Shown: positions 30,713-40,850, counted from the first letter of the stretch. The stretch is 64,000 nucleotides of DNA from Candidatus Woesebacteria bacterium (GCA_013374855.1 CP055308.1:178277-242276); one strand, 5' to 3'. Numbers and translations are program-made. The notes: generated by a model not told the origin, from the sequence alone.

Positions 30713-31051
30713 TTATTCAATTTTTGGTTGCAAATTTTTGACAAGTTTTTTGATTGACTTTAATTCTGTTTGAAACTCTTTGCTGTCATAGGGCAAAATT
30801 CCATGAAGAGAGAAGCAACGTTGGAGAAGTTCTTCGATTTCTGGCGAAAAAATCTTTTTCTCTAATTGAATTTTAAAAAGATTTAAAAACCTATCGCTAG
30901 CCTGCCCAATCTCAGAACCTACAAGAATCTTATTCTCAATTTGATCAAGCAAAAGAAAAGCTGCTTGAGGAATTTTTTCTTGAGCCTCTGCAAACTTATT
31001 TTCTTTGATAGACTGCTCTATATTTTTGAGGAGTGTTGCTAATTCTTGCAT
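30713..31051 (-). CDS. Hypothetical alpha-helical protein (112 aa).
   Basis: ORF only; no recognisable domain. Confidence 0.35.
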   Translation of the reverse strand: MQELATLLKNIEQSIKENKFAEAQEKIPQAAFLLLDQIENKILVGSEIGQASDRFLNLFKIQLEKKIFSPEIEELLQRCFSLHGILPYDSKEFQTELKSIKKLVKNLQPKIE

Positions 31052-31115
31052 AAATATTAATTGTTAGTTCATTATAATCCAAAATTATTATTAAAATTAA
31101 AAAGATGAAATTGTC

Positions 31116-31307
31116 ATGAACAAAAGGAGTGGATTAACCTTCGAGACAGGGAACGCTAGAGACTTGGCTAAGCAAATTATTTGGGCAATTCAAAACCCAG
31201 TCGAGCTAAAAAAGCTAGCAGAAAATGGTTTTAATTGGCAGAAAGATAAATTCCTGATTGAGGACATGGCAAGAAAACATATGGAGTTCTATAAGACTCT
31301 TCTTTAG
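31116..31307 (+). pseudogene. C-terminal fragment of a family-1 (GT-B) glycosyltransferase; gene remnant.
   Basis: 63-aa ORF with a GT1 C-terminal-like tail (...QNPVELKKLAENGFNWQKDKFLIEDMARKHMEFYKTLL). Nothing upstream in frame. Confidence 0.4.
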
Positions 31308-31354
31308 ACCCTGGTTTTTCGAGGATCGTTCTATCCAACAGGGTTTCTGGGATG

Positions 31355-31443
31355 CTCAAACGATGGGATCATTATAGAACAATTGACTGGCCAAATGAAC
31401 TGGAATACCCAGAATTTACGAACGAGAAAGTAAACCGATTTCT
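31355..31443 (+). repeat. About 88-bp direct repeat, copy 2 (see 29677-29765).
   Basis: Sequence identity with copy 1. Confidence 0.7.
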
Positions 31444-31471
31444 AAGTCTTGCCTCTCTCTATTAAAAATGA

Positions 31472-32782
31472 TTACTGGCAATCGCTGTCACAAGCTATAC
31501 CATCTCCATCTGCATCCCTTGCTTTACAACCACAAACATTTAGTTGATATTGAGCCTCATCACAAGATGACATTTGAGAACAAGTTTTTGAACAATCGCA
31601 GGTATAACTTCCTGATATTTGACTAGATGGTTGGGATTGGGCGAAAGGAACCACCTGGTTAGTGGTTGATTGGGTATTTTGAGTCGATGTTGTAGTCTGT
31701 TGCTGACTTTGTTGAGAAGCTTGAGTTGGTTGAGCATTGCAAACATCTCCCCACAATCCCCTCTTCTCTTCCCTAGCTTGCCTTTGGGCTTCTAAAAATC
31801 TATTTTGATATTTTACATCTGGTGGATAACTGCTTGACTGGGCATAACCCTCCCTAACCAAGTATTCGTTTACAAGCATATCACCGAGCCAGACATACCT
31901 TAAAAGCCTCCCATACTTATCAGTTTCAGAAACATCTTTTTCTAACTTAACCTCTTTTCCCTCCACCAACTCCCTGTTTTTATCGGAAGCCTCTTTGCCG
32001 TAGCACTGGACTGGTTTACTGGGATGAGTCGTTTCGGGAGTATCGATCCCAATATACCTAACTACCTGACCGCCCTCAATTTTAATGGTGTCACCATCAA
32101 TAACATTGATTACTCTCGCTTTATATTTGGAAGGGTTAAAGTTCACAGAAACTTCGTTAACCGCACTCTCATTACCAACAGCATCAACCGCTTTAACACT
32201 GATAGTATTAGTACCCAAGACCAAACCTGTTTTAATCTCAAATTCGCCTTTGTCGTTAGTAATAGTTGCTGGCAATTTGTTACCCTGAACAGAAACTATA
32301 ATTTTTGTACTGGGCTCGGATATACCTTTAATAGAAATTTCTTCTTCACTGTCATCTGGTAATTTATCCGGTAAAACAATTATTGGTTTAGTGGGCGGAG
32401 TCCGATCTACACTAATAATGATATTTTCATTTCTACATTTATCTTTCTTCTCCGAACTGCACACCTCAACAGTATAGGTATAGTTACCATCTTTCAGGTC
32501 GTTCAGGACAAAGTAGAACTTACCACTGGAGTCTGACTTGGTCGACTGAACAATCTCATTGTCTTTCAAGAGATACACTGGCTTACCTGAGTAAGTTTTA
32601 CCACCAATAGAGATAGAACTTTTATTTGTGGAGTCAACTTTCTCTAAAGCAAGTGTGGGAGCAGTAGGAAACAAAATAGCTAATATCGTTAAAAAAGCAA
32701 ATAAGTAAAACCCTGAAGCGATTAAAACCTTCCACCATTTACCCGATCGAAAACCAGGTATTCTTCTCAGGAACGAAAACAT
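31472..32782 (-). CDS. Secreted/membrane-anchored nuclease: N-terminal TM, Ig-like (Big) domains, staphylococcal-nuclease (thermonuclease) domain and a C-terminal Excalibur Ca-binding domain.
   Basis: SNase core (VIDGDTIKIEGGQVVRYIGIDTPET...YGRLLRYVW...RGLWG) and Excalibur motif (DADGDGIACDSDC). Confidence 0.8.
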   Translation of the reverse strand: MFSFLRRIPGFRSGKWWKVLIASGFYLFAFLTILAILFPTAPTLALEKVDSTNKSSISIGGKTYSGKPVYLLKDNEIVQSTKSDSSGKFYFVLNDLKDGNYTYTVEVCSSEKKDKCRNENIIISVDRTPPTKPIIVLPDKLPDDSEEEISIKGISEPSTKIIVSVQGNKLPATITNDKGEFEIKTGLVLGTNTISVKAVDAVGNESAVNEVSVNFNPSKYKARVINVIDGDTIKIEGGQVVRYIGIDTPETTHPSKPVQCYGKEASDKNRELVEGKEVKLEKDVSETDKYGRLLRYVWLGDMLVNEYLVREGYAQSSSYPPDVKYQNRFLEAQRQAREEKRGLWGDVCNAQPTQASQQSQQQTTTSTQNTQSTTNQVVPFAQSQPSSQISGSYTCDCSKTCSQMSSCDEAQYQLNVCGCKARDADGDGIACDSDCQ

Positions 32783-32825
32783 TAATCATTATAGCATCTT
32801 GTCAGGAGGATTTGCATAGTTTAGT

Positions 32826-33010
32826 TGAGGTATGCCAGAAAAAGAAGCGGGCTACCAACGCTACTAACCATTAAACAAGCTGCCAAGGTGTTAAATTTGC
32901 ATGAATAGGCTTTGCGCAAGTGGGGTAAAAGCGGGAGATTAAAAGCTATTAGAGTTAATAAAGTGGACAACAAGCGCTATGATCCCAAAGACACCAAGAC
33001 AACACCACAT
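32826..33010 (+). pseudogene. Excisionase-family HTH DNA-binding protein gene interrupted by an in-frame TAG.
   Basis: Translation ...LTIKQAAKVLNLHE*ALRKWGKSGRLKAIRVNKVDNKRYDPKD matches excisionase/MerR-type HTH (compare the intact paralog at 42379..42591). TAG is used as a genuine stop by neighbouring genes. Confidence 0.45.
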
Positions 33011-33130
33011 TTTCACCCTCCTTTACAGATAAGGTGGATGGTTCCAGCATCCTCCCAATTTGACTGAATAAAACCGTTTGACAACAAAATAGCCAATTTA
33101 GCCTCTCGTCAATCTGGCTCCCCCCAAAGT

Positions 33131-33165
33131 ACTTGTTCTGCAACCACAAACTAGAGTTTGATATA
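33131..33165 (+). repeat. 35-bp direct repeat R2, copy a (acttgttctgcaaccacaaactagagtttgatata); copy b at 41317-41351. Candidate attachment/junction site of an integrated element.
   Basis: Exact 35/35 match. Related partial motif caagattgtgtttggaaa at 33181 and 40458. Confidence 0.65.
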
Positions 33166-33243
33166 ACCCTTAGCGACTTCAAGATTGTGTTTGGAAACCT
33201 GGGTCTTACCTAACCCAAGCCCGTATTTGTTACCTTGTAGCAT

Positions 33244-33981
33244 TTACTTTAAGCCCATTATTACCACACCATAGCCCTCGTTAGCATAAGCGCAACCATC
33301 AGTCCACCTGGGGTTTTCTAATTGTATTTTGTGCCCTGGACTGCCAGACCAAAAAGCAATTGCCTCTGCAGGTGTTGATGCTCGTATGTACAACTCCGCG
33401 ACCTCTTTGTAACCATACTCTGTTTGAATACCCTCTTGTTTTATCCAATCCTCAAATCCCTCATGTTGTCGTCCCTCCTTAACAGCCCGCCACCGAGACA
33501 CTAGATTATCACCCAAACCTTCGCTTAATTTAACTTCTTGTATTCCCAATGATCTTCTGTGTTCATTAACCGCATTAAACAAATCTTCACCATCATAACC
33601 CCTACCCCACCTAACAGCATTCCCTCTAAACAAAGCAAAAACATAAATTCCAGAAATAAATATTACCAAAAATGTAGCAAATCCAACCTTCCAAGAGCCA
33701 ATACCAAGCGGTGGTTTCCACTTTTCAGCTTTTAGTATTAACCTTAAAAATCCTGCAGAAACTGCTAGTCCAAAAAAGAATAATCCAGCAAATAAAGAAG
33801 AAAGCATCGGTAGTAAATAAGAATGTTCTGAACACTCCTCTCCATAACAAGGATCAATAGTAAAACCTTTTGTAGATAAAAAAATTATAGTAATAAAAGT
33901 AACTGTAGTTACAAACCAAAGGTAAGAGCTGATAACACCAATTTTTGATAATAAAGTAGAGGTTCTTAGCTTTTGAAACAC
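33244..33981 (-). CDS. CAP/SCP (PR-1-like) domain protein with an N-terminal membrane region.
   Basis: CAP motifs (HRRSLG, FWSGSPGHKIQL, WTDGCA). Three N-terminal TM helices. Confidence 0.65.
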   Translation of the reverse strand: MFQKLRTSTLLSKIGVISSYLWFVTTVTFITIIFLSTKGFTIDPCYGEECSEHSYLLPMLSSLFAGLFFFGLAVSAGFLRLILKAEKWKPPLGIGSWKVGFATFLVIFISGIYVFALFRGNAVRWGRGYDGEDLFNAVNEHRRSLGIQEVKLSEGLGDNLVSRWRAVKEGRQHEGFEDWIKQEGIQTEYGYKEVAELYIRASTPAEAIAFWSGSPGHKIQLENPRWTDGCAYANEGYGVVIMGLK

Positions 33982-33987
33982 AGATGT

Positions 33988-34257
33988 TTAAAGATTAATT
34001 CCGAAAATTTTAATAATTAAAAAATTAAAAATTAAAGAAAAGGGCAGAGTAATTAAAATAGCAATAAACCAATTTTTCTTCTTAGCAATAAGTCGGGTTA
34101 CATTAATCCAAGAACCCAACCACAATAATCCACTTATAAGATAAAATGTAGTTCTCAAAGCAGATATGTTTCCACCTATAAACATTGGTCTACCAATCCA
34201 AACATTAAGAATATTGAGTATGATATACCAGATGAGATTATAAACTCTTGCTTCCAA
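33988..34257 (-). CDS. Small hypothetical membrane protein (89 aa).
   Basis: ORF is hydrophobic throughout. Confidence 0.35.
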   Translation of the reverse strand: MEARVYNLIWYIILNILNVWIGRPMFIGGNISALRTTFYLISGLLWLGSWINVTRLIAKKKNWFIAILITLPFSLIFNFLIIKIFGINL

Positions 34258-34674
34258 GACAATTCACTAGACATAGTAAAACTATTTTACTAAAAATTTT
34301 CAATAACAAAAAAATTAATCGAATTTCAGTAGAGGAATGTCATAAAATCAGGATATTTGATCTGGGTCCAATCAGCGGGAACTTGGTTTGGTTGGGTTCG
34401 CAAAGAGTGGGTTTAACAAAAACTGCCTGCAATTACGGTGGTTTTAGGTATTGGTTTGTGTGCTCTAACTGCGAGCGGAGAGTTGGGGTGGTATATTGTA
34501 GGCCTTGTCAGAGCTGTTCCTGTGTCGAACTTGCCAAAACTTAACCTATGATTTGAGAAGATTCTATCAGGATAAAATCGAGTTTACAATTAGGAATAAA
34601 AAGAAGATCGGAAAGATGTTTACAGAGTAATCTTTGTACCCTATAGAACGTAAATATGCTATAATTGGCTCTCA

Positions 34675-35643
34675 ATGATGGATTTGGATAACGGATTCGA
34701 TCAAGATTATTTATCAGGCCTAGAAGAGAGGTTGGTTGAGGTTTGCACTAAAATCACTAAGTCAAAGGAATTTGTGGCTAGTAAGTTAGTGATAGAGAAT
34801 AATATTTGCCACAAGAAGGAACCCGTTTCAGACCATTCAACCCATGTTTTTATGCGATTCCAGGAGCTGTTGAATTTCGACTTTGTTGACTCTGATGAGC
34901 TTAGGAAATTGGCAAAAAGCTATTTTTCTCAGAAAATTGGTAATTGGACTAGGGCGGAGTTATTCTTGATTTCAGCCTTATTGCATGATTTGGGTAAAGT
35001 TGAAACTTTGGTCACAGACGATAAAGGTGAGACCAAGGCTCCAGGCCATGAAGCTAAGAGCGTTCAGATTGCTGAGATAATGCTCAGGCAACTGGGATTT
35101 GTGGGTGTTGAGATTGATTACGTTTTAAATGTGATCAGAGTTCATTCTGGTTATGTTTTGAGATTTTTGGATTTTATTAATGGATTGTCAGAGTCTCAGA
35201 TTAAAAGTGCTTTTGGTTCAGTCCAATTGCTTCCTGAAGTCTTTCTCTACATGATTGCCGATAATGAGAATGCTTCAACTTTTGGTGAATACAAAAAGAT
35301 GATTGAAGAAAGATTTTTACAATACACAGAAATTTATCAAACTGACGATTCCTTTAAAGGGGTAGACGATATTGGCAAGTTGGTTGAGAAGATTTTGATC
35401 TCTTTGAAGAATAATTCTAAGCCTTGGCCAATTGAGACCAGGTTATTTCATCTAAGCGAAGAGGTTGGGGAGTTACATGACATCTATCTTCAATATGTTG
35501 GTGCAAAGGATCGAGAACAAACCATTGTTGACATTCAAAATGCTCTTAATGATGTTTTGGTAGAGACATTGGCTTTGTATGACATTTTCGGGATTGATAT
35601 TAAAAGTTCATTAGAAAAGGTCATAAAAGAAGATGAAAAGTAG
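34675..35643 (+). CDS. Fusion of an HD-domain phosphohydrolase and a MazG-like nucleotide pyrophosphohydrolase.
   Basis: HD motif (ALLHDLGK) in the N-terminal half. MazG-type EExxE helix (SEEVGELHDIYLQYVG...ALNDVLVETLALYDIFGID) at the C-terminus. Confidence 0.6.
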   Translation: MMDLDNGFDQDYLSGLEERLVEVCTKITKSKEFVASKLVIENNICHKKEPVSDHSTHVFMRFQELLNFDFVDSDELRKLAKSYFSQKIGNWTRAELFLISALLHDLGKVETLVTDDKGETKAPGHEAKSVQIAEIMLRQLGFVGVEIDYVLNVIRVHSGYVLRFLDFINGLSESQIKSAFGSVQLLPEVFLYMIADNENASTFGEYKKMIEERFLQYTEIYQTDDSFKGVDDIGKLVEKILISLKNNSKPWPIETRLFHLSEEVGELHDIYLQYVGAKDREQTIVDIQNALNDVLVETLALYDIFGIDIKSSLEKVIKEDEK

Positions 35644-36433
35644 TTTCGTCAAAGCCTACAAAGAAATCGAGTCAAAGATTTTATCTGATAAAGAATTGAG
35701 TAAAAATGTGGAATTGATCGCCCTATTAGGTAGTGTTGCTGACAAAGAGGAGTCGAGTAATTGGAGCGATCTAGATGTCTTAGTGGTTCTTAAAAGCGAC
35801 CGGTTGGGGAATATATTGTTAAAAGATTTGGATCGTCTTCGAGAGATATGTGTGGAAGTATCGAGGCAATACTCATTTCCTATATCTATTTTGAGTCACA
35901 CTATGAATGACTTCGAAAGCTACGTGAGCTTTGAGTATTTGAAGCATTATTCTATGGGAAAATGCTCGTACCCCAATCCAAGTTTTCTAAAACACAAAAT
36001 TGACAGAATTTTGATAAAAAGAAAAGTCGATGACAAAGTACGACAGGCTTATTGTGCTTATCACATGAGACATATCAGATTCAATCTTTTGCGGAAATAT
36101 GTGTCTTTGAATGAGTCAAACTCGGTTAATTGGATAAAAGAATTTGTGAAGCTGTTGATTGACAAGATGATTAAAGTTACTGATCTGGCTTTGAATTTCA
36201 AAAATTTATGGCCTGAATCAAAACAAGAGATTTTAGATACTGCTAGGACTGAATTGAAAGTTGATGTTGGACCCTTGTTAATGGCTTTAGAGATTAGGAA
36301 GGGTTGGTCAAATGTGGCTGATGCAGAGCTTAGTGATTTCATACCGAAAGGTTTGGAATATCTCTTCGACGTAATTAATCTGGTTCTTGGTGAATATGTC
36401 GAGCCGACTCCAGAAGAAAGGATGTTTACATGA
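35633..36433 (+). CDS. Pol-beta-superfamily nucleotidyltransferase domain protein.
   Basis: GS...D.D motif (LLGSVADKEESSNWSDLDVLVVL); overlaps the upstream gene by 11 nt. Confidence 0.55.
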   Translation: MKSSFVKAYKEIESKILSDKELSKNVELIALLGSVADKEESSNWSDLDVLVVLKSDRLGNILLKDLDRLREICVEVSRQYSFPISILSHTMNDFESYVSFEYLKHYSMGKCSYPNPSFLKHKIDRILIKRKVDDKVRQAYCAYHMRHIRFNLLRKYVSLNESNSVNWIKEFVKLLIDKMIKVTDLALNFKNLWPESKQEILDTARTELKVDVGPLLMALEIRKGWSNVADAELSDFIPKGLEYLFDVINLVLGEYVEPTPEERMFT

Positions 36434-37509
36434 GAATACTTTTAGTTTCTAGATTTTTTCCATATATCGGTGGCCGCGAAGTGCTAGTAATGCTATTGGC
36501 ACAAAAATTGAGTGAGAATCATGAAGTAGTAATTGCCACGCCAGATATAGGTAGAGTATCAAAGGACTTCCAAATCATTTCTAATGACACGGAATCTTTA
36601 ACGAGATGTTTTAAGGACTTTAAACCTGAGGTAATAAATTCACACACATTTTATTTGACGCCGGAGCTAATTAAACTTGGTAAAAAATTTAATACCCCGG
36701 TCGTACTCACTATTCATGGCGATATTTTTGGGTATGGTTCTGATCCTGATAAAGAGTTGTTTAAGGCGATGATTCCAGAATTGGATTCAATTGTGACAGT
36801 TTGCGATCATGGTAAAGAGCAGATGTTGAAAAACGGGGTTAGTGAGAGTAAGTTGACGAGAATCTATTCTGGCATAGACACAGATATTTTTGACGGAGCT
36901 GAGGATAAGTCTTTATTTCGTAAATCTTTTCAATTACCGGAAGATAAGTTCATCTTTATTACTCCGGCCAGAATGACAAAATACAAAGGAATCGAGACAC
37001 TTATTGATGCCATTCATGGACTTAAGAAAGACATCCGTTCTAAATGTTTATTTTGGATTACAACTCCTGCCACAAGATATCGGGAAGACGAGCTGGAATA
37101 TACGAAGAAAATATTTGAGAAAGTAAGCTTGTTGGGGATTAAAGAGAATATTATGGTGAGCTTTAACGACTTCGTTTCAATGCCATTTGCATATCGAGCC
37201 GCGAATGCGTTTGTATTACCTTCATTAACTGAGCAGTTCCCGGTAACAATTTTAGAAGCTATGGCTAGCAGATTGCCGGTTATAGCTACGAACGTGGGAG
37301 GAGTGGGTGAGGTTGTGAATGAAGAAACAGGCAACTTGATCAGTCCTGATAACGCGGGAGTGTTGGCAGAAGCCTTGGTAAAAGTGTTTGAGTCTAAGGA
37401 TTTAGCTAAAGCCAATAAGGCTTATAATGTAGTGAGAGCTAAATTCAACCTGAACCATATGGTGGAGGGGTATTTGAAGTTATATAACAATTTGAAAAAT
37501 GGAAAGTAA
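36430..37509 (+). CDS. Glycosyltransferase family 4 (GT-B, group 1).
   Basis: EAMASRLPVIATNVGGVGEVV (E-X7-E region) and the overall GT4 pattern. Confidence 0.8.
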   Translation: MRILLVSRFFPYIGGREVLVMLLAQKLSENHEVVIATPDIGRVSKDFQIISNDTESLTRCFKDFKPEVINSHTFYLTPELIKLGKKFNTPVVLTIHGDIFGYGSDPDKELFKAMIPELDSIVTVCDHGKEQMLKNGVSESKLTRIYSGIDTDIFDGAEDKSLFRKSFQLPEDKFIFITPARMTKYKGIETLIDAIHGLKKDIRSKCLFWITTPATRYREDELEYTKKIFEKVSLLGIKENIMVSFNDFVSMPFAYRAANAFVLPSLTEQFPVTILEAMASRLPVIATNVGGVGEVVNEETGNLISPDNAGVLAEALVKVFESKDLAKANKAYNVVRAKFNLNHMVEGYLKLYNNLKNGK

Positions 37510-38080
37510 CAATAAATTTACAGTAATATTTATAAAACCAGATGCTGTTAAAGATGGTCTGGTTGATCAGATAGTGGAGGATTTTATGGAGGCAGGTTTG
37601 ACACCAGTTTTCACAAAGTCGATTGAGCTTACTTTGGATCAAGCAATGATGATTTATCGCGATCATGTGGGTAATCCAAATTACGAGTTTGCTGTCAAAA
37701 GTTTAGTACAGGAAGATGAGTGTAAAACGACTGTATTTTTACTGTTGAAAAGTAACGGCGGTGATGCTTTGACTTTGGCTCAAGAGATAAAAGGAAGAGC
37801 TGATATAAACGGCATACGAGCAAAATACAGACGTTACTCTTGGACTGATCTGAAAGAAAAGGGAATAGAAGGTGATAAGTTAATGGCAATGTTGTCAAGA
37901 AATCGTGTTCATGTTCCTGATTCAGATGATCATGTTCGCGAGATTATTGGTGTTTTGTTGAATGAGACAGAACTTAGAGAGATTATCGAAGACGACCCTG
38001 AATTAATAGAATTTATAGAGGGTAGTAAGAATGGAGGAGATGAATGTGAGGGTATACATGGAGACAAAGAAAGGTTATAA
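37499..38080 (+). CDS. Nucleoside-diphosphate-kinase-like protein (divergent NDK fold).
   Basis: FTVIFIKPDAVKDGLVDQIVEDFMEAGL (compare NDK FIAIKPDGVQRGLVGEII.RFE.KGF) and NRVHVPDSDDHVREI (compare NIIHGSDSVESAEKEI, with the catalytic His). Paralog of 59220..59903. Confidence 0.55.
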   Translation: MESNNKFTVIFIKPDAVKDGLVDQIVEDFMEAGLTPVFTKSIELTLDQAMMIYRDHVGNPNYEFAVKSLVQEDECKTTVFLLLKSNGGDALTLAQEIKGRADINGIRAKYRRYSWTDLKEKGIEGDKLMAMLSRNRVHVPDSDDHVREIIGVLLNETELREIIEDDPELIEFIEGSKNGGDECEGIHGDKERL

Positions 38081-38089
38081 TCTGAGGTT

Positions 38090-38560
38090 ATGAATAACAC
38101 TAACAATAAAGACGTAACAGTTTACCAACTTTATCAAGAAATCTCTGCCGGAGGTGTACCAATTATTGTGGAAGACGGGGTGCCTAAGTTTGTGGCAATT
38201 GATCGTGTTATGATTAAGGACACCTCTTTGCCTAAAGGGCATCAAGAGCCAGGTGAGAGTCTTCAGCAAACTGCTATTAGAGAAGTTGAAGAAGAAACGG
38301 GTTTTAAAGCAAAGCCTGTGGAATATCTGGGTGAATTTACTTACGAAGTCAAAAATGAAGTTCATAAAAAGATAACGATGGTTACTGTCCATTGGTTTTT
38401 AATGATGGTTGAGTCAGGTAAAGCTAGAGAGGCAAATGATGAGACTAAGCAAGTGAGATTGATTCCCCTTGACTCTGACTTGTCCATTCTGACCTACGAG
38501 AATCACAGGATGTTTGTAGAAAAGGCTAGAGAAGTAATTAGTAAGCATTTACCTACGTAA
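38090..38560 (+). CDS. NUDIX hydrolase.
   Basis: Nudix box GHQEPGESLQQTAIREVEEETGF. Confidence 0.75.
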   Translation: MNNTNNKDVTVYQLYQEISAGGVPIIVEDGVPKFVAIDRVMIKDTSLPKGHQEPGESLQQTAIREVEEETGFKAKPVEYLGEFTYEVKNEVHKKITMVTVHWFLMMVESGKAREANDETKQVRLIPLDSDLSILTYENHRMFVEKAREVISKHLPT

Positions 38561-38583
38561 GCTCGTGCCCCGGCCTCGTCATT

Positions 38584-39339
38584 ATGAACAAAGAGAGATT
38601 TCCAAACGTCGAGTTATTTTCACCTGAGGTAGTAAAGTCCATTAAAGTATGGAGCAAAATAGCTTATGAGAGTGATACGCCTATTTATATTAAAGGGGGA
38701 GCGATAAGAGACTCTTTGATCAATCTGATCCATGGAGCGAACCTGAAGGTTAAGGATCTAGACTTGGTTGTTCCTGCTGGGCTATTTCGAGTGGTCCAAG
38801 TTGCTCAAAAGTACGGTTTCACGATAGAGAGGAGAGGGAAAAGGAAAAAGTTACCCATGTATCATATGTCTGGAGATACTGGCTTAGATGTTGATTTGAG
38901 TTATTTACTATCAAGTCCAAATGATAAAAATGTTTCTGAATCTGAGATTTTGAAGCAGGATGCTTTACTGTCTGATTTGGACATAAATACTATTTCATAT
39001 AATCTTTTAACTGGCGAGATTCATGATCTGTTGGGAGCCATGAAATCGATTGCTTCTAGACAAATAAGTTTGGTTTCCGAGAGGAGCTTATTCTTGAATC
39101 CGGCTACTATTTTTAAGTGTCTCAAAATAGCCGCTAAGACAGGCTTTGATGTTTCTCCTACGTCTTTGGAGATGATTCGAAAAAATGCCGGTATAGTATT
39201 GAGATTGGAAGGTTGGTTTTTGAGGAGAAGTATTGATGAAGTTCTGGAATTTGCATCCGCTGAAGAATTGTTAGCTGCTTTTGATAGATTAGGTTTGTTG
39301 GAAATTCGACCAGAAATTGTTGACTATTTAACGCCATGA
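38584..39339 (+). CDS. Nucleotidyltransferase with a poly(A)-polymerase/CCA-adding-enzyme head domain.
   Basis: IYIKGGAIRDSLINLIHGANLKVKDLDLVV (compare PF01743 vylVGGaVRDlLLg..kDiDlvt). Confidence 0.55.
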   Translation: MNKERFPNVELFSPEVVKSIKVWSKIAYESDTPIYIKGGAIRDSLINLIHGANLKVKDLDLVVPAGLFRVVQVAQKYGFTIERRGKRKKLPMYHMSGDTGLDVDLSYLLSSPNDKNVSESEILKQDALLSDLDINTISYNLLTGEIHDLLGAMKSIASRQISLVSERSLFLNPATIFKCLKIAAKTGFDVSPTSLEMIRKNAGIVLRLEGWFLRRSIDEVLEFASAEELLAAFDRLGLLEIRPEIVDYLTP

Positions 39340-40307
39340 CCAATCGTGAAGTCACTATCATAATTACTACTTGGAACTCTTTGGAATATCTCAAGTTGTG
39401 CTTGGAGGCTTTGGAGAAGTATACAAAGCAACCATACGAAATAATTATCTTGGATAATGGTTCTGCTGATGGGACGAAGGAATATGTTTCTGAGTTGTCT
39501 GACGTTTGCTATCTTAGGTCAGAAAGGAATTTGGGGACTATAAGGGCTCTAAAGAGGGCTGAGAGATTTATTAAGACGAAATTTGTAGTTTTATTGGATA
39601 GTGACTCAATAGTTTCGCCCAATTGGCTGAACACCTTTCTTACAATCTATGAAGAGAATCCCCAGGTGAAGGCAATTGGTCCGATAAAACCAAGCTCACA
39701 GCTTTCATATCCATATGTGAAAGGCAAAAATAGTAGGCAGGTCTGGGATGAGATTAAGGTTGGCAATGAAGGCAAGAGCCCCAAAAAACTTTTGGAGATT
39801 TACTGTAGGGGGAAGAGTTACGAAAGGTTCGTAAGTGACTTCTTAGCTAAGAATGAGGTTGGCAATGTCACTTTGTTATGTCCTCCAGAGTTTCTAAGTG
39901 GGTGCTGCATTTTCTTGGACTACGATTTCATCAAGCCACTTGGTGGATTAACAAACACTGCTTTCAAAAAATATGGCGTAGAAGACGTCGATAGATGTTG
40001 GAGGATCGCCAAGGGTGGTGGCTTGGTGATGAAAACTAGTAGGGTATATGTGCACCATTTTGAGGGGAGCAGTTTGAAAAAGAACAAGCTAAATTATCGA
40101 CCTTTGCTTTATAAGAACAATCGTATTTTACTAGATCTATGGAAAGATGAATTTTGGAAATTTATCGATTCTTCTAATCTGAGTTTGAAGGAATTGACTA
40201 GGAAGTATTGGTTAGTAAGAGAGTTGTTGTTATCTGCTAGGGAAGACCAAATTCCGAAAAAACTTAAACCGGAAATAGAAACTTTAAGCCTGGTGAGTAG
40301 TGTTTAG
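39336..40307 (+). CDS. Glycosyltransferase family 2.
   Basis: IIITTWNSLEYL...EIIILDNGSADGT and DSD motif (LLDSDSIV). Confidence 0.75.
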   Translation: MTNREVTIIITTWNSLEYLKLCLEALEKYTKQPYEIIILDNGSADGTKEYVSELSDVCYLRSERNLGTIRALKRAERFIKTKFVVLLDSDSIVSPNWLNTFLTIYEENPQVKAIGPIKPSSQLSYPYVKGKNSRQVWDEIKVGNEGKSPKKLLEIYCRGKSYERFVSDFLAKNEVGNVTLLCPPEFLSGCCIFLDYDFIKPLGGLTNTAFKKYGVEDVDRCWRIAKGGGLVMKTSRVYVHHFEGSSLKKNKLNYRPLLYKNNRILLDLWKDEFWKFIDSSNLSLKELTRKYWLVRELLLSAREDQIPKKLKPEIETLSLVSSV

Positions 40308-40519
40308 AGAAGCCGCAAGTATAATTAGCTCATGAGTAAGATTGATCAGATTGATATTATGATATTAAGGGATTGCTTAATAGTGCAGCAAGGCAATTAA
40401 GAGCTGAGTTTGAGGAAATAAAATACAAATTGCCAGGCACAAGCCTTATTGACCTCAAGATTGTGTTTGGAAATCTTAAATTAAGCTCAAAAAAACTGTA
40501 TTATTCTATATTCTATAAA

Positions 40520-40850
40520 TTTCTTATAAACCTGCCTTACTAACAACATCGCATAATCAATATTCTCATCTCTCTCAATCATAAAATCGGTAACGTGCTT
40601 GTTGTAATATCGAAAACTATTTTTCTAATATTTTGTCCGCTTTTCTGGGTCTCTCAAATCTTCTGGTTTAACCCTTAGAATCTGTAATAGTAATTTAGAT
40701 TTCCTAACCTGAATAGCAATAACATTTTTATTCTCAATATTAACCCAATGTATACTTAACAGGATGTATCTCAAAGCGAAGGTCAAGTTCCAAAACTATC
40801 TGAGAAAACTCATCAAATGTTCTTAATACCAATCTATCTGAAGTCTATCT
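40520..40850 (-). pseudogene. Decayed partial duplicate of the 3' part of the 41416..42339 gene.
   Basis: Nucleotide similarity between 40520-40850 and 41416-41760 (for example ...cataatcaata...ctcaaagcgaaggtcaagttccaaaactatctgagaaaactcatcaaa...). The reading frame is broken. Confidence 0.45.

Noticed and set aside
32826-33010. Possibility that the in-frame TAG in the excisionase gene reflects an alternative genetic code.
   Set aside because: Neighbouring well-supported genes terminate with TAG (for example 414..887) and no recoding signal is evident. A pseudogene is the simpler explanation.
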